NCBI RefSeq assembly: GCF_000711695.1
Contig: NW_013547017.1
Coordinates: 310,001 to 372,843, forward strand
DNA from: Tilletiaria anomala UBC 951
Lineage: Eukaryota
DNA: 62,843 nt
Direction of reading: 5' to 3'
Part shown: in pieces, positions 45,811 to 58,453 of the stretch
Layout: the number at the start of each line of letters is the position of its first letter
How positions within the stretch are numbered: the first letter of the stretch is position 1
The notes under the pieces: generated by a model
What the model saw: the letters and a program-made list of their open reading frames with translations, nothing else
What the model was told of the DNA's origin: nothing
The model's database searches: none
Position numbers and translations under genes: made by a program

Positions 45811-46338
45811 GGTGCCAGGGGCTCATCGAGGTTTTTTTTTTCATAAAAGGAATCACACTCTCGTATTGCACACAGTCGTTCTGTCCTGATGGGGTGGCTT
45901 TGACTGGGGAGAGTCAGCAATGTTTTATCTCGAGATGGGTCTTTCATGACCAATGCAAAATTCCCATCCTGCGCTTTCTCCATCTGATTGCAGCGGGGTT
46001 GTTTGCTTCGAGCTTCGACGTCTCAGCGTAGCAAACGAAAAGCTTGAGGGGCGCACTCGTGCATATTCAGCTTGATCATGAGTCATTGTTTGCCGTGTTC
46101 TACGGACCCTATGGGACACGAGTTACGACGAGATGTCTTTCTGCATTCCGCGCGCATCGCATGCTTCGCAATTGGAAACATCACATTGATTCGCCTATTG
46201 GTGAAGGATTTGACGTTTCGAGCCTTCAATTCAAATTCTGCAATTCTACACCTTCATACACACACACTGTGCAAGTAACATCGGCTGTTATATGCTGGAA
46301 TTGTATGCAGTAGCTCCTGTGGTCAACAAGGGGAAACG

Positions 46339-48443
46339 ATGCCGGCCAAGCGACGCGATTCAGACGAGCGCAGTGGCAGCGACGATGCCGAAGGCGAAGC
46401 ATTGATCCTGCACCGTCTCTCCTCCGACCGTCTTGGCCGGCCTTACATTGCCAGCATACCGACGGATGGCGCAGAGGGCGGCTCAGCATACAGTAGAAAA
46501 GCGGAGGACGCAGTTCCGGCAGGTACGGACGGGTATGGCACTGACGATGATGATGACGAGGTCGGCGATCTTGAGCGCGGATTTGCGCCTCGGAAGCGCC
46601 CCTCAAGTGCAGGAGGAGGGGAAAGTGGCAAAGTAACAGCCTCCCAGCTGGCTGACAGGCTGGAATACGCATCTGCTGGCTTGTCTCGAAAGCAAGCTGT
46701 TGAAGAAGAAGATGACAAGCTTGGGCGACCGACGTGGCTGCGGCGCACGTCGCGAGTTGCCAGAAGGTCACCTCGTGCACGCATCTGTCTTGCATGCCTG
46801 GCAGTCTTCTTTGCAGTCGCTGTCTTTTCAATTGTGTTCGCCCCAGGTCTGCGTACAACGCGAGAGCGCATCAAGGGTTACGTCAAAGGGTTGCAATTCA
46901 ACGGCAATGCAAGCGTGCAAGGCGAGAATTGGTACTTGGGCTATCCAGGCCCGACGCAGACGGGCCAAGCGCCAGGATGGGCAACAGGGGCATCACTCCC
47001 GGCTGGAGTCACTGCAGCTACCCCTACGCGAGGCAGCAGCCCCATACAGACTGCCGTTGCTGGCTTTGAAAGCAAGATATTCAAGCCGTTCGAGCACATG
47101 GGCCCGCTTACACCATATCGGTCATCGTACGGCCATGGCGTCGACGACACTGTGCATCGGGACATCAGCTCATTAGAGGGGGGCACTTGCAAGCTCGAGC
47201 AGGTGCACATTCTTCACAGAGTGAGTTCCCATTTGCTCAGCTGTTTCCCTGATCTTGAGCTGACTTGATCTACCGTTGCGCTCGCCTAAAGCACGGCTCC
47301 CGGTATCCCACTACTGGCTCGCCTGCCGAACTCGTTCGCAAATTCCTAGACCAATCACCTCGGCCTACATTCACCGGGCCTTTAAGCTTCATCAACTCGT
47401 ATAAGTACCGTCTGGGTTCCGAGTTGCTCACACCAGTAGGACGACAGCAGCTATACGATTCGGGTGTGCATGCTGCCATTGAGTACGGTTCACTAGCGGA
47501 GGCAGATTTGTCTGACAATGGCAGCAGGCTGTTCGTTCGAGCGGGTTCCCAACGCCGTATCGTTGACTCAGCCCTCAGCTGGATGCAGGGATTCTTTGGT
47601 ACCTATGAATGGCGTAATCACACGGAGCTGCAGGTTCAGATCGAGGCCCCTTCCTTTAACAGCACACTGGCGAGCAACTTTGCTTGCCCGACTTATGGTC
47701 AACCGTGGACAATGCCAGGGCGGAACATGACGCTCAACTTCATCGACAAATACCTCGCTTCTGCCAAACAAAGGTTATCGCGGCATGTACAGGGCAGCAA
47801 GGTACCCTTTAACGAGCGGCTCCTAAATGCCATGCAGCAGCTTTGCTCCTACGACACCGTTGCGTTTGGGCAAAGTGACTTCTGCAGCCTTTTTACTCAG
47901 CAAGAATGGGAGGACTACGAATATGCGTGGGATCTGCAGTTTTTTGGCTTCGACGGTGCAGGATCCCCAGTCGGTCGAGCACAAGGACTTGGCTGGGTGA
48001 ATGAATTTATCGCTCGTCTCACCGACCGACCGTGGGATCCATCGACGCAGACGAGTGAGAACTCCACGCTGGACAGTAGCAAAGAGAAATTCCCTCTCGG
48101 CCGGCGTATTTACGCGGACTTTACGCACGATTCGATGATTATAGCCGCGCTTTCTGCGTTCGAACTTCCACAGCTGAACGAGGAGCTCAAGCAGACATCT
48201 TCGCGACGATTCAAGACGACGCAGCTGGTACCCTTTGCCGCGCGCTTCGTAGTTGAGCGCCTCGCTTGCGCCGATGGCAAGCGCTACGTGCGCTTTGTGC
48301 TCAATGACGCTGTGCTTCCTCTGACGCATTTGAAGGAATGCGCCCCGCGCGCCGATGGCATGTGCCTGCTAGAGAGTTTCTTGCAGTCGCAGCGCGATCG
48401 CTTTGCCCGCGCGCATTGGGACAATTGTATTCGAAAGCCTTGA
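46339..48443 (+). CDS. Histidine acid phosphatase / phytase with type II membrane anchor
   Basis: The catalytic HR|HGSRYP motif is joined across intron 47221-47291; FTHDS proton-donor motif; TM ICLACLAVFFAVAVFSIVF; YVRFVLNDAV. Confidence 0.93.
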
Positions 48444-49714
48444 CTGTCGAATTGATATACCATCACAATCTATCATTTCGTCAATCCTCTGCCCGTGTTT
48501 GCATCAATTGGCAACGCTCTGCAAACACATCGGCTTTCACAATATTTCACCGTAGCTCGCGCCGGCTCATGCGTTGCCAAGTTTTCTCGTGCGCTGGATT
48601 GACTGCGTTTTCCACGATGGCGTACATGTGTAGCCATCGATTGACGTCCTATAAATTACCATAGGCTGTATAGGAAGCATTCGCATAATTGGATGAGACT
48701 ACGCTTTGTGACATCTACTTGTGCCACGGCAGGCGAAGGCGTGCCTCGTAAAGTCGAAACCCTCCAAGGAACTCCAATATTGAACATTGTAAAGTTTCGG
48801 CCACCACCCTTTGGTCGTGGATGACAGGTCGATATTCGACAATCGGCATCCATTCAGTGAGCATTTCGTGCATTTCATCGCCATCTGCTCGTTGGCGGTC
48901 TTCAGTACGTCCGCCTCAGGAGGGAATACGTCCGTCATACCCTTATGTAGGATGATGCAGGAGGCCAATCGCTCCGTCCCCAAATGACGCTAACACGACA
49001 CATTGTAAAATTGCTTGATCGCTTGATCAATCATGCCCTTTGACTCTTTGGTCCAGACCCCTTGTGCACTGGGAGCATCATGGATCTTTCCGTGCATCGT
49101 GTTGCTCTTACAACGCTGCAAAGGCTCTCCAAAAGATCCGCGTCTACAACTGCAGTTTGAGGGACAATCAATGACGTCTGAGACTGGCATATGTTCCTTT
49201 ACTGACAAAAATGGTTTGCTATGCCTAGACGAGCAATGCATCAGATTAGGAGAAGTGGGCAGCAAGCGTCGCTTTCAGGGCACACTGGTGAGCTGCTGGC
49301 TTGCTTGGCTGCATCTGTACCGAGTGCAAGCACTTCGTCCTGCTACGCAGACAGGCAGTTGTCCGTCGTTCCCGGGTACTGACTGCTGTCGAGCCTAGCC
49401 TTCCCAGGGCAGCTGGCTGAATGCTTGGCGAGCTCTTCACAAAGCATAGCCCAGCACGCCGAAGCTTTTGGGCTTTGCACTAGACAATGTATGGAATGTG
49501 AGTTGAACAAAGCGCATACACATACTAGTCGTGAATGTCGAATACGATTACAACTTTATCAGTCCCCACGTGCGATCGCAAATGAGCGCAGAGACCTTAC
49601 GTTATACAAAGGAACGCTGCTTCTCTCCTACTTCCTCTTGATCCCTGCCTCTGTCCCTTGTCTCCTGCCCTTGACCCTTTAACCCTGATGCCAGCGTAGC
49701 AACGCTCCGTCAAA

Positions 49715-50494
49715 TCAAATGAGCATCTCGAGCAGCTCATCCATGAACCAAACAGTGCCAGCCGCGAGCAACAACGTAGCGACGAGCAGCTGGATCACGC
49801 CGATGCGATGCACCATCTGCGTCCACCTCGACTGCTGATTAGGACCGAAGTGCTGCAGATGCGAGATTGGTTTAGCGCGTGAGCGCGCAGAGTTGGCAGA
49901 TGAGGCTGCGGCTGGCGCAATGCTCGTGGATGACGGTGATATTGATGATTGCAGCAACGTCGGGCTCGTGGTGATGCTGCTAAAGCTAGCTGGCTCCGTC
50001 TGCGTCTGGATCGTGAAGGTCTGACCACCGCCTCCTAAAGCTGTCGCTGCGACGGACCAGTAGCAGCTGCTGAGCGCTACGCTCACCTGCGGGCCACCCG
50101 TCTCGCTCGCTTGCAAAGCGGAGAGTGCACAAGACTCGTACGCTGCTCCAGAACCAGCAGATTGAACGCTCCCACAGATACCATTGATGCAGGGTCCATT
50201 GATGGTTGTGCTGGATGGGGGGACCATCGGATCGTCACCTGACCCTTCAGGTATAGAAAATTGCTGATGAACACAAATGTGAATCGTTAGCTGCTTGCCC
50301 AGACAAGCACTCGTCCGACATCGGCTGCAATTTGTGCCCTCCATTTCGGCAATAGTTGTTGGGTCCACCGTTTCATATTCTCATGCTGTTCTCACCTGGG
50401 CAGTGATAGCAGCAGCCAATAGAGACAGCCAGAATAAAGATATGGTTGCGGCATGTCCTCTGCGCAGCTCTGGTGCGCTTGGCCTTGAAAGCAT
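49715..50494 (-). CDS. Small secreted/cell-surface Cys- and Ser/Thr-rich protein with a C-terminal hydrophobic (GPI/TM) tail, 2 exons
   Basis: Exon 1 (50494-50396) reads MLSRPSAPELRRGHAATISLFWLSLLAAAITAQ, then a GTGAGA..GCTAAC..CAG intron. Exon 2 starts at 50263 with QFSIPEG..CINGIC..C..C, followed by an S/T tract and VIQLLVATLLLAAGTVWF. Confidence 0.7.
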
Positions 50495-50953
50495 CCTGCG
50501 GCTTGGGGAGTAGATTGAGCCGTCGCTGCACAGATTTGGATCTTCAACCCTTCAACTGTTTTCGCAGCGCGACGGAGCGCGAGAACAAAGAATGCGACCG
50601 AGGAAGTCACGAGTTGGGATTGCCAATGAGATAGAGTAGGAGACGTAGCAAAGTCGAATCAAAGGATGAGATGTGGAAGGCCGAATCTAAATTGAAATGC
50701 TGTTCAGTCTTCATGCGGCTTCAAGAATGAATATGATGATGATATTCGCCGCGCCGGAGTTGACGGGAGACGCAAGTGAGAGAAGAGAGGGGAAAAGTCA
50801 TGAGCCGACGCCAAGTCCCATCGATTTTGCCTCACACCTCCAACGCGACGTTCGTTTGCGACATGGCAGAAAATATCTCTCCAATGTGCAGTGAGGGTGT
50901 CTCGGATACCTGACATCTTGTTGGGAACTAGTCAGAGCTCGGCGTGAAGAAGA

Positions 50954-52197
50954 ATGAGCCGTGTAGCCGGACGTGTCCAAGGCGCCCCCTCGGCTGCAGC
51001 GCAGCGCGGGACGTCATCATCTAATCAAGCACCAGGCTCAGGCATCTATCCATCCGCATCATCTCCCACGCCTCTGCTGCTGTCATCGATAGGGACTCTC
51101 GCCCTCCCACCGTCATTTTTGCAAGAGCGCTATAAGCCATCTGAACAGCCCAAGGCTGGCTCTCGTGCTCGCGCAGCAGATGGATCGACGGATACCGAAG
51201 CCTTGACCCGTCTGCTCAATCTCATCCGCCATCTATCAAGCCTCGCGGTCGTAACACCCTCCTGCTTCTCCTGCTTTGAGAGCCTTGCAGGGAGGGTGGA
51301 TGATGAGCAGCACTTTGCGAGCATTGGCAAGGGCACATCATCTTCAGCCGGGCAGACGGCCAGATGGGCGCCTGTCACCAAGGCGCGACTCGGCAGTGGG
51401 ATGAGTGTCGAACGGGAAGCAGGAGGGCGATGGTGAGTTAAAGTTCTTCGTAATATCAAGCTTGACCACTTGAAAGCATGTCGCTGATAGCTGCACGCCT
51501 TTGCAGCTTTTTCACTCTTTACAAGGAGCCACTGCAATCGCGTGCATCACATCCTAGCATCTCCGTTCGCCCGTATGTTCGCACTGGCATTGCCCAGCAG
51601 CGGAAAAGGCGAATGCAGCGTGATGGGCCACTCAAAAGAGCGGACGAAAAGGCGCTCCTGGAGACACTGCACAAGGGAAAATATTCCTCTGCTGATCCAA
51701 AGGGCTCAGCAGCGCCAGATGATTGGGCAGACGCCTGTGAGGCTCTCGGCTGGAGGTTTAAGGTACACCATATGCGACAAGGTATACGATTCATCCTTGC
51801 CTCACCAGCTTCTGTGCTCGGCAATACTTCTACTCAACACAAACGGCCTTGGTTCTCTGAAGTGACTGTCTTTCGGTTGTTCACAACCCGCGCACCCAGA
51901 ACACGACCTCTAAAGGCACAAGCTGCGACTTTGGGCAGCTCATCCACCGCGGTCGACTCGGACGTGGTCATGAAAGATGGGGAAGGTGCAAAACCAGCAG
52001 CTCTAATCGAAGATAGGAACTCAAACGACAACGAAGAGGTTGCACCAGGAACTGTCTTTGTGCTGTTGCGCACGACCATTCCCGTTGATGCTGCTCTCTC
52101 AGCGGGGGGCGATGATGTGCTGGATCAAGCCAAAGAGTGGACCGCCGACATTATCGCAGGTATCAAAGCGTTCGTTGTACTGCAAAAAGATGAATGA
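50954..52197 (+). CDS. MED18: Probable Mediator subunit Med18 (Srb5), 2 exons
   Basis: Intron at 51433-51507. FTLYKEPLQSRASHPSISVRP, ACEALGWRFKVHHMRQGIRF, EVTVFRL and the terminal IKAFVVLQK follow the Med18 pattern as I recall it. Confidence 0.6.
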
Positions 52198-52547
52198 GGC
52201 CGCATGACAGCCCTGACCTATATTTCTTACATAGTGGCCCACTTGTAATCCATTGTGCGTGTGCGTCGCGCAACCGTACTGATCTCATGGCTAGACCAAG
52301 CAGAGCATCATCACATTAATTCATCGCATAGACGTCGGCAATCAACAGCACCACCATAGTCCGATAATAAAAAAGCTGGCTGCCTTTAATATCGTTCATT
52401 CAGTATTGTAATCCACCGCTCACCGCCCAAAGGTCAACTTTGAGATGTACGCTGTATACTTATCGTGCATCATGACGCATTGCACATAATCTTTCTTGCG
52501 AGTTGTCTCAGAGACTTTTATCTAGTATCCGCTCTAAGGAGATCGAA

Positions 52548-54017
52548 ATGACTTCTGACCCATCGCAAATGGACATCAAACGTGCGGAGTCGCCGTCGAG
52601 GCAGCCAGCGACTTTAGGCATGTTTGGCTCCTCTGGGCCGGCGATAGCACCATTGCGTGCCAACATACAGCCTCCGCCGATATCCGAGGTGACTACTTAT
52701 GTGCGCACCGACGGAGCCGTCTTCATGCCTGCCCAGGTCACAGATACAGGACACGGTGCGGAGGGCGATTCCTCTAACATTCGTCTGCGCGTTCCACGGT
52801 ATTCTCCAAGCAAGAAAGCCAGTGAAGGCCCCTTGGCCCGGACAATCATCAAAACCCTCAGCAGCGAGGCAGGACGAGAGAATGCACTAGTGCGCTGAGC
52901 GATGGTCTGAAGCTCGTTCTTTAGCCGGTCTGACAAGTTTAAATTACCTCATCGATCGTATAGCAACTGTTGCAATCTTTCCTCCTCTTTCTACACGCCT
53001 CACTAAGTCGTAGGATCCTCGTACCACCCATCTTGAGTCTTCTCGGGCCTTCACCTCGAGGAAAACGAGCCAAGCTCCTGCGGCCAATCTATCTCCTTTC
53101 TGAAGTGATCGCCAACACGCGACGCCTCTTCGTCCTGGGGCGGTGGGGGTTTGAGGGTGTTTGCAACGCTTTCGCCGTGACTGCCGAACTGGACAAAACA
53201 CGTTCGGACCAGAATATCAAGGAGAAGAGTCAAACGTTGCAATCGCTGAAGGAGGACATAGCAGAGCCCTCGTCAGCTTCATCAGAAGAGCCGATAGATC
53301 ACGATGCGCCTGCTCGAAGTGGTCATGCGCCAGGCCGCCCAAGAGCTGCAAGACAAAAGAGCATGTTTGGGGTCTATCGTCAGGCCTTCGATATTATGAC
53401 GCGCATACTGGGGACAGCGAGTGAATTCTGCGATCTGATTGCCTTTCTCGGTGGTACAAGCTCGGCCTGGCGCACCAGGAGTCGGCGGCGGTATGGTCTC
53501 GAGCGACTGAGCATCTGGTGGGCATACTCGCTGCGCACAACGTCTGCAGAGAGGATTGGGTAGTTGACCCAGACACTAACTTTGCGATTTCAGGCTCGGG
53601 CTTTTGGCACTGCCACCGGCATTCGCCTTGCACCGCCTGCTCCTGGCGCGTGCGCGGCAGGATGTCAGAGATGCGCATGCTCAGGTTCTGCAAGCGATTG
53701 ATCAAGCAGACGATCCCGCGGCTAACGATGCTCGGGTAGCCGGAGCCCAGTTCTTCACGGGTGCTGGCATCTCTTTTCCAAAGATGCCAGCTGCGAACGC
53801 CAGCTCATCGCGGTTAGACCTTGCGCGAGCGGAGGCAAAGCTGCTTAAAGCGCAACGTCAAGTTCGTACGCTCAAGTGGGAGCAGCGCGCGATCTTTACG
53901 GATGCTACTTTTACCGTCTACGAGGCTCTTCGGCCTGACAAGGAGAAGCAATTCGTCGAGAGCTTGAGCGGCATGCTCGGCAGCATGATCAGGATCGGGC
54001 TTCTGTGTGCAGCATGA
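52548..54017 (+). CDS. PEX11-family-like peroxisomal membrane protein, 3 exons
   Basis: KTLSSEAGRENAL|..QSF (cf. Pex11 T.GRDK..R.IQY); IANTRRLFVLGRW; LERLSIW; C-terminal LSGMLGSMIRI. Confidence 0.55.
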
Positions 54018-54249
54018 GGATCCATGGCGCAAGGCATGTGCATTCTGCCACATGGAAGATCGTGCTTGACTCATTTGCTAAGGACAAGCTAAGGTCGTTA
54101 CAGGGGAGCAATAATGCGCAACCATCCGATTTATGAGTGATATGCGACGACCTTGGGGCGCACTGTTCTCCGTTGCGATGTCCCGAACCTCAGGAATGGC
54201 AAGCGAGAGTCGTGGCGATGCGTTTGCTTTTTCTTTAGACTCGACGGGT

Positions 54250-57200
54250 CTAGTCATCGTCGTGCTTGAGAGTTATGCTGGAGAAGCCGCTGAAGGGATT
54301 GCTTTCCACAGCATCACCCTCCTCGTCTTGTACACCGTTCTTGCCGGCTGTGGCATGCACTTGCGTCGGCTTCGCTCCCCGGTTGCTGCTGCTGCTGCCG
54401 CCGCCGCCACCTTGCTTGCGCTTGGATGAGGACGACAGAGCTGCCTCCTTGCCGTCGCCTTGATGGTCCAGGTTGAGCGAGCGGCTCTCCTTGACGTTGC
54501 GGAAGTTGATGGCATCTGTTCCGCTCGAGTCTGCCGGCACGATGGGCGGCGTCAGGTTGCGCAGCAGACCCCAAGAAATCGGCGCGAACCACTTGTGCTG
54601 CTTGACCTCGCTGGCGCCGCTCTGCGAGCCTAGACGCTTGTTTTCGTCTTTGATGAGCAGCTTACGGATGAGCGACTTGCCAAAAGAAGAGATCGGGGTG
54701 GATTCGGGGAAGGTCACCTCGTTGCGAAGGACGTTTGAAAACGTAGCGTTGCGAGACGAGCCTTTGAATGGCGTGGTTGCAAACTGCAAAATCAATCGTA
54801 CTGTCAGTCATCCCTTTTCGAGACTACGGTTGCTGTCTGCCGGCTACCGCCGTGAGAACCACACTTACGACCATCTCGTAAATAAGGATGCCTAGCGTCC
54901 ACCAATCGACGGCGCTCGTGTGTCCATTGCCCTTGATGACTTCGGGTGCGATGTACTCTTCCGTGCCAACGAACGAGTTTGTACGCAGGTCGGCGATGCA
55001 CGACCGCGTGTCAACGAGCGGGGCACTGTTCGGTGTCGCCTGCCGGATCCCAGCAGGCGCACCGCCGTGCCGTTCAGCTCGCGCCGAAAGGTCAAAGTCG
55101 GAAAGCATTACATGCCCTGATTGGTGCAGCAAAATATCTGAAGAACGAGAGGGAGAAGGAGAGCGAGAGCGCAAGCAGGAGACAAGAAAGCGTCAACATG
55201 TAGTCGGAGAAGGGAGCGAGGGAGCGAGGGAGGGACACACTCTCTGGTTTGAGATCGCGATATATGAATCCCATGAGATGCAGATACTCGAGCGCAGCGA
55301 TTACTTCGGCAGCGTAGAAGCGCGCATCCTCCTCTGCGAGGCACTTGCCGGGTCGCGTCTGTAAGGCGCGGAAGAACTCGCCACCCATGCAGTACTCCAT
55401 GCAGAGATAAAGGTAGTCCTCAGACTGGAAAGAGTGGTACAGCGTTACGATGAACGGGTGGTTCGATGCGGCGAGGATCGCCTGCTCGGCCATGACGCGC
55501 TTGATCTTGTTGCGCTTGATCATCTCCTTTTTGCTTAGGACTGCAGGGGAGAGCGCGAGGCTGAGCGTTAGCCTTTGTAAGTAGAGACCTTCTCTCCCTC
55601 TCTCCCTCTCTCCCACTCTCCCTCTCTCCCACTCAGCGACAGCTCACCTTTCATGGCGTACAGCCTCTCGGTCTTCTTTTCGCGCACGAGGTATACCTTG
55701 CCGACATCGCCTTTGCCGAGCATCTTGACTTTGCTAAAGCTGTTCGGCCCGACCTCGACGGCCTTGACTTTTATGCTGTTGCTGGAGTACGTCCTGCGGA
55801 ACACACTCCTCCCAGCTCCAGCGCCCGCACCAACAGCGCTGCCGCTGGCGTTGTTGCTGACAGCATTCGCTGTCCCCAGTGTGCCATTCGGCGAAGGGGG
55901 CACAGCAAGCGACGACGAGCCGCCGTTGAGTGGCGGCGTGCCGATGCCAGTGGCGCCGCCGTGACTGCTCGCGCCACTCGCGTACCCATGCCCGTTGCTC
56001 GACGAGCCAGAGCTGCCGAGGTGAGCGCTGGCGCTGGCGACCCGCTGCTTCTCCGCGTCCTTTTTGCGACTACCGGGGAAACTGATCATGCTGCGTCCCT
56101 TCGTCAGGCCGTTGATCTTGTTACCACTCCCACCTGCGCCAACACCACCACCACCGCTGTTGCTGTTGGTGCTGCTGCCGCCATTGATGTGCCCACATGC
56201 GGCGTAGCCACGCTCAAAGTCTTTGCTGCTGAAACTCGTCGCGTTGCCGTCCATGCGAACAGGGCTGCCGGGGAACGTGGGCCACTGTGGCTCAACTTTT
56301 GTGGCCGCAACGGCCGATGCAGCCGTCATGGCAGCTGTCGACTCAGAGATGGAGTGATGCGACGCAGAGCGCCCCTTAACGGCCTTTCCCTTTCCCTTTC
56401 CCTTTCCCTTTTCCTTTCCGTCTTTGCCAGAAGTTGATGATGAAGATCGGCTCTTGGCATCAGCAGCAACAGAACCAGTAGTAGTACCACTGCTGCTGCT
56501 GTTGCTGCCAGTCTTGCTGGGCGGCAGGGTGACGCCCCCATAGACGGCGTCGATGATGCCCTGGATCGGGGTGCCGACCTCTTCGAGCGGCCTTCCGTCC
56601 AAGAATGAGGGCGTGTGGACGATCTTGAGCGTGTCTCCGGTGGCGGTGGTGGTGGCGTACTGCTTGTGCACGCCATGTAATGGCAGCGGCGGGACCTGCT
56701 CACCGCTTGCGTGCGACGAGGAGCCATCTGCTGTTGCTGCTGCTGCTGCTGCCAAGGTGCCATGGGCACCGCCGACGAACATCTTGTTTGCGTCCGGCGC
56801 GCTGCTGACGCGACGGAGAAGCCTGGCGGCAAACCCCAATCCTCCACCACCACTGCTGCTGCTGTTCCCGGGGTCTTTGCCTGCACTTGTACTGGCGCCC
56901 TTGCAATTCTGCGGCAGGAGAGGGGGGACGTTGGATACCACGGTCGACTGGGGTTGAGCGTGCGTATATGCACCGCCACCGCCCTTGGCGATAGTGGAGC
57001 GGAGTGAAGCGCCCGAGATGCTGCCGGTGCTGGTGCTCGTGCCGCCGGTCAACTGCTGCCTGCGATCCATGGATACGGAGGCGCCTTGCGAGGGGGAAGA
57101 TGTTGCTGCTGTTGCTGGCTGGAGATCCGATGTGGGCGTGAGCGCGGGCTGCAAGGGGGGGGCGGTGCTCGGCACACGTGGTCCGGTGCCGGGCGGAACT

Positions 57201-58453
57201 AGCGCAGGAGGAGCCGTCGCAGGAGGCACATTGCCATTGGTCTTCGCCGAGGCGAGGGTGACGCTGTCGCCCCATCCATCGCCTGTGATGCCTCCGTTTG
57301 CGCTCGCGCTCGTCGTGCAAGCGGTGATGGTAGTGGGAAAAGCCATGGTGTCCTTATCCTGCCCTGCGGCAGGTGAAGCGCTGGCGAGTCCAAGGCCCAT
57401 GATCTCTTCCATGAGCGTCGGCGTCGTGACTGTCGTGTTCTGCCCGGGACTTGCTGCGAGGCCACCGCCGGTACCGCAGAGGGGAGATGGTGAGTCGGAA
57501 TGTGATGTTGTGGAATGCGCGAGGCTGCTGAGTGAGGTGGGTGTGCCAAAGTCGAGGGCGTCCAGCTGTGGTGTGACAGATCGCTGAGGGTGGGGGGCAC
57601 CGGGGGATGAAGGGGTGAGCTTGGCCTTATTGCTGGATACGCCGCTGATAGGACTTGCAAGGAGGCCGGAGCCCGCACCTGTGGGTACTGCTGCGGAGGA
57701 AGAGGGAGAAGACGAAAAAGCACGAGGAAGACAAGTGGAGGAAGAAGCTGGCAGGCTAAGGGGCTGCAAGGGGGGGCTGCCTATCGGCGTTGCGGGGGAT
57801 GGGGAGGAGGTGGAGCTTTTGCGGCCCATGCTGCCGAATCGGTTGAGCATGCTCTTCCATTTCTTGTCTTTGTCGCTGCTTGCTTGATGGGCAGTGGCTT
57901 GGTCTTCTTTCTCCTTGCTGACGCTCGACTCGGACCCGCGCCGGACTGCGAGCGCGAGATGCGTGGAATTCGCTGCTGCTGGTGTCGCTGGTGGTGCTTG
58001 TCCTGGTACCTGCACCCGGTCGTTGCTAAGCGATGGTGATGGCGAGCCGAGTTCAGTGCCTTGGCCATGCGAGGCAGCAGGGCTGGCATCCGCTGAGTAA
58101 AAGGTGTGCGTCGGTGTCTGTGCGACGATTGCTGCTGCTGGTTGCGCAGTCCCCCGCTCGCGAGCTGCGTCGTGTTCTGGTCGCGGCAAGGCCCACACCT
58201 CGGCGCTGCCGCCGCCGCCACTTGCCCCGCTTGGGCTCGTGTTCATGCCGATCGATGCGAGGCTGGCGGAGCGCACGGGTGTGGCGGGCGCGAGCATCGT
58301 CGTCGTCGTCGCCGCCTGCACCTGCACCTGCACATGCGCTTGGATGATGATTGGCGTACAGGACGAGGGCGAGGCGCTTGCCTGTTGCTGCTGCTGCGGC
58401 TTGAGTGAAGTGCCGATCGACGCTGCGTGTGCTGGTGGTGGTGTTGCTGTCAT
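54250..58453 (-). CDS. AGC Ser/Thr kinase of the Nrc-2/Kin82/Fpk1 (flippase kinase) family with a long disordered N-terminus
   Basis: [65 protein letters not shown]|..[54 protein letters not shown]. Confidence 0.95.
56383..56418. repeat. (CCCTTT)n coding repeat (KGKGKG) in the kinase N-terminus
   Basis: CCTTTCCCTTTCCCTTTCCCTTTCCCTTTTCCTTT encodes [12 protein letters not shown] on the minus strand. Confidence 0.7.
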
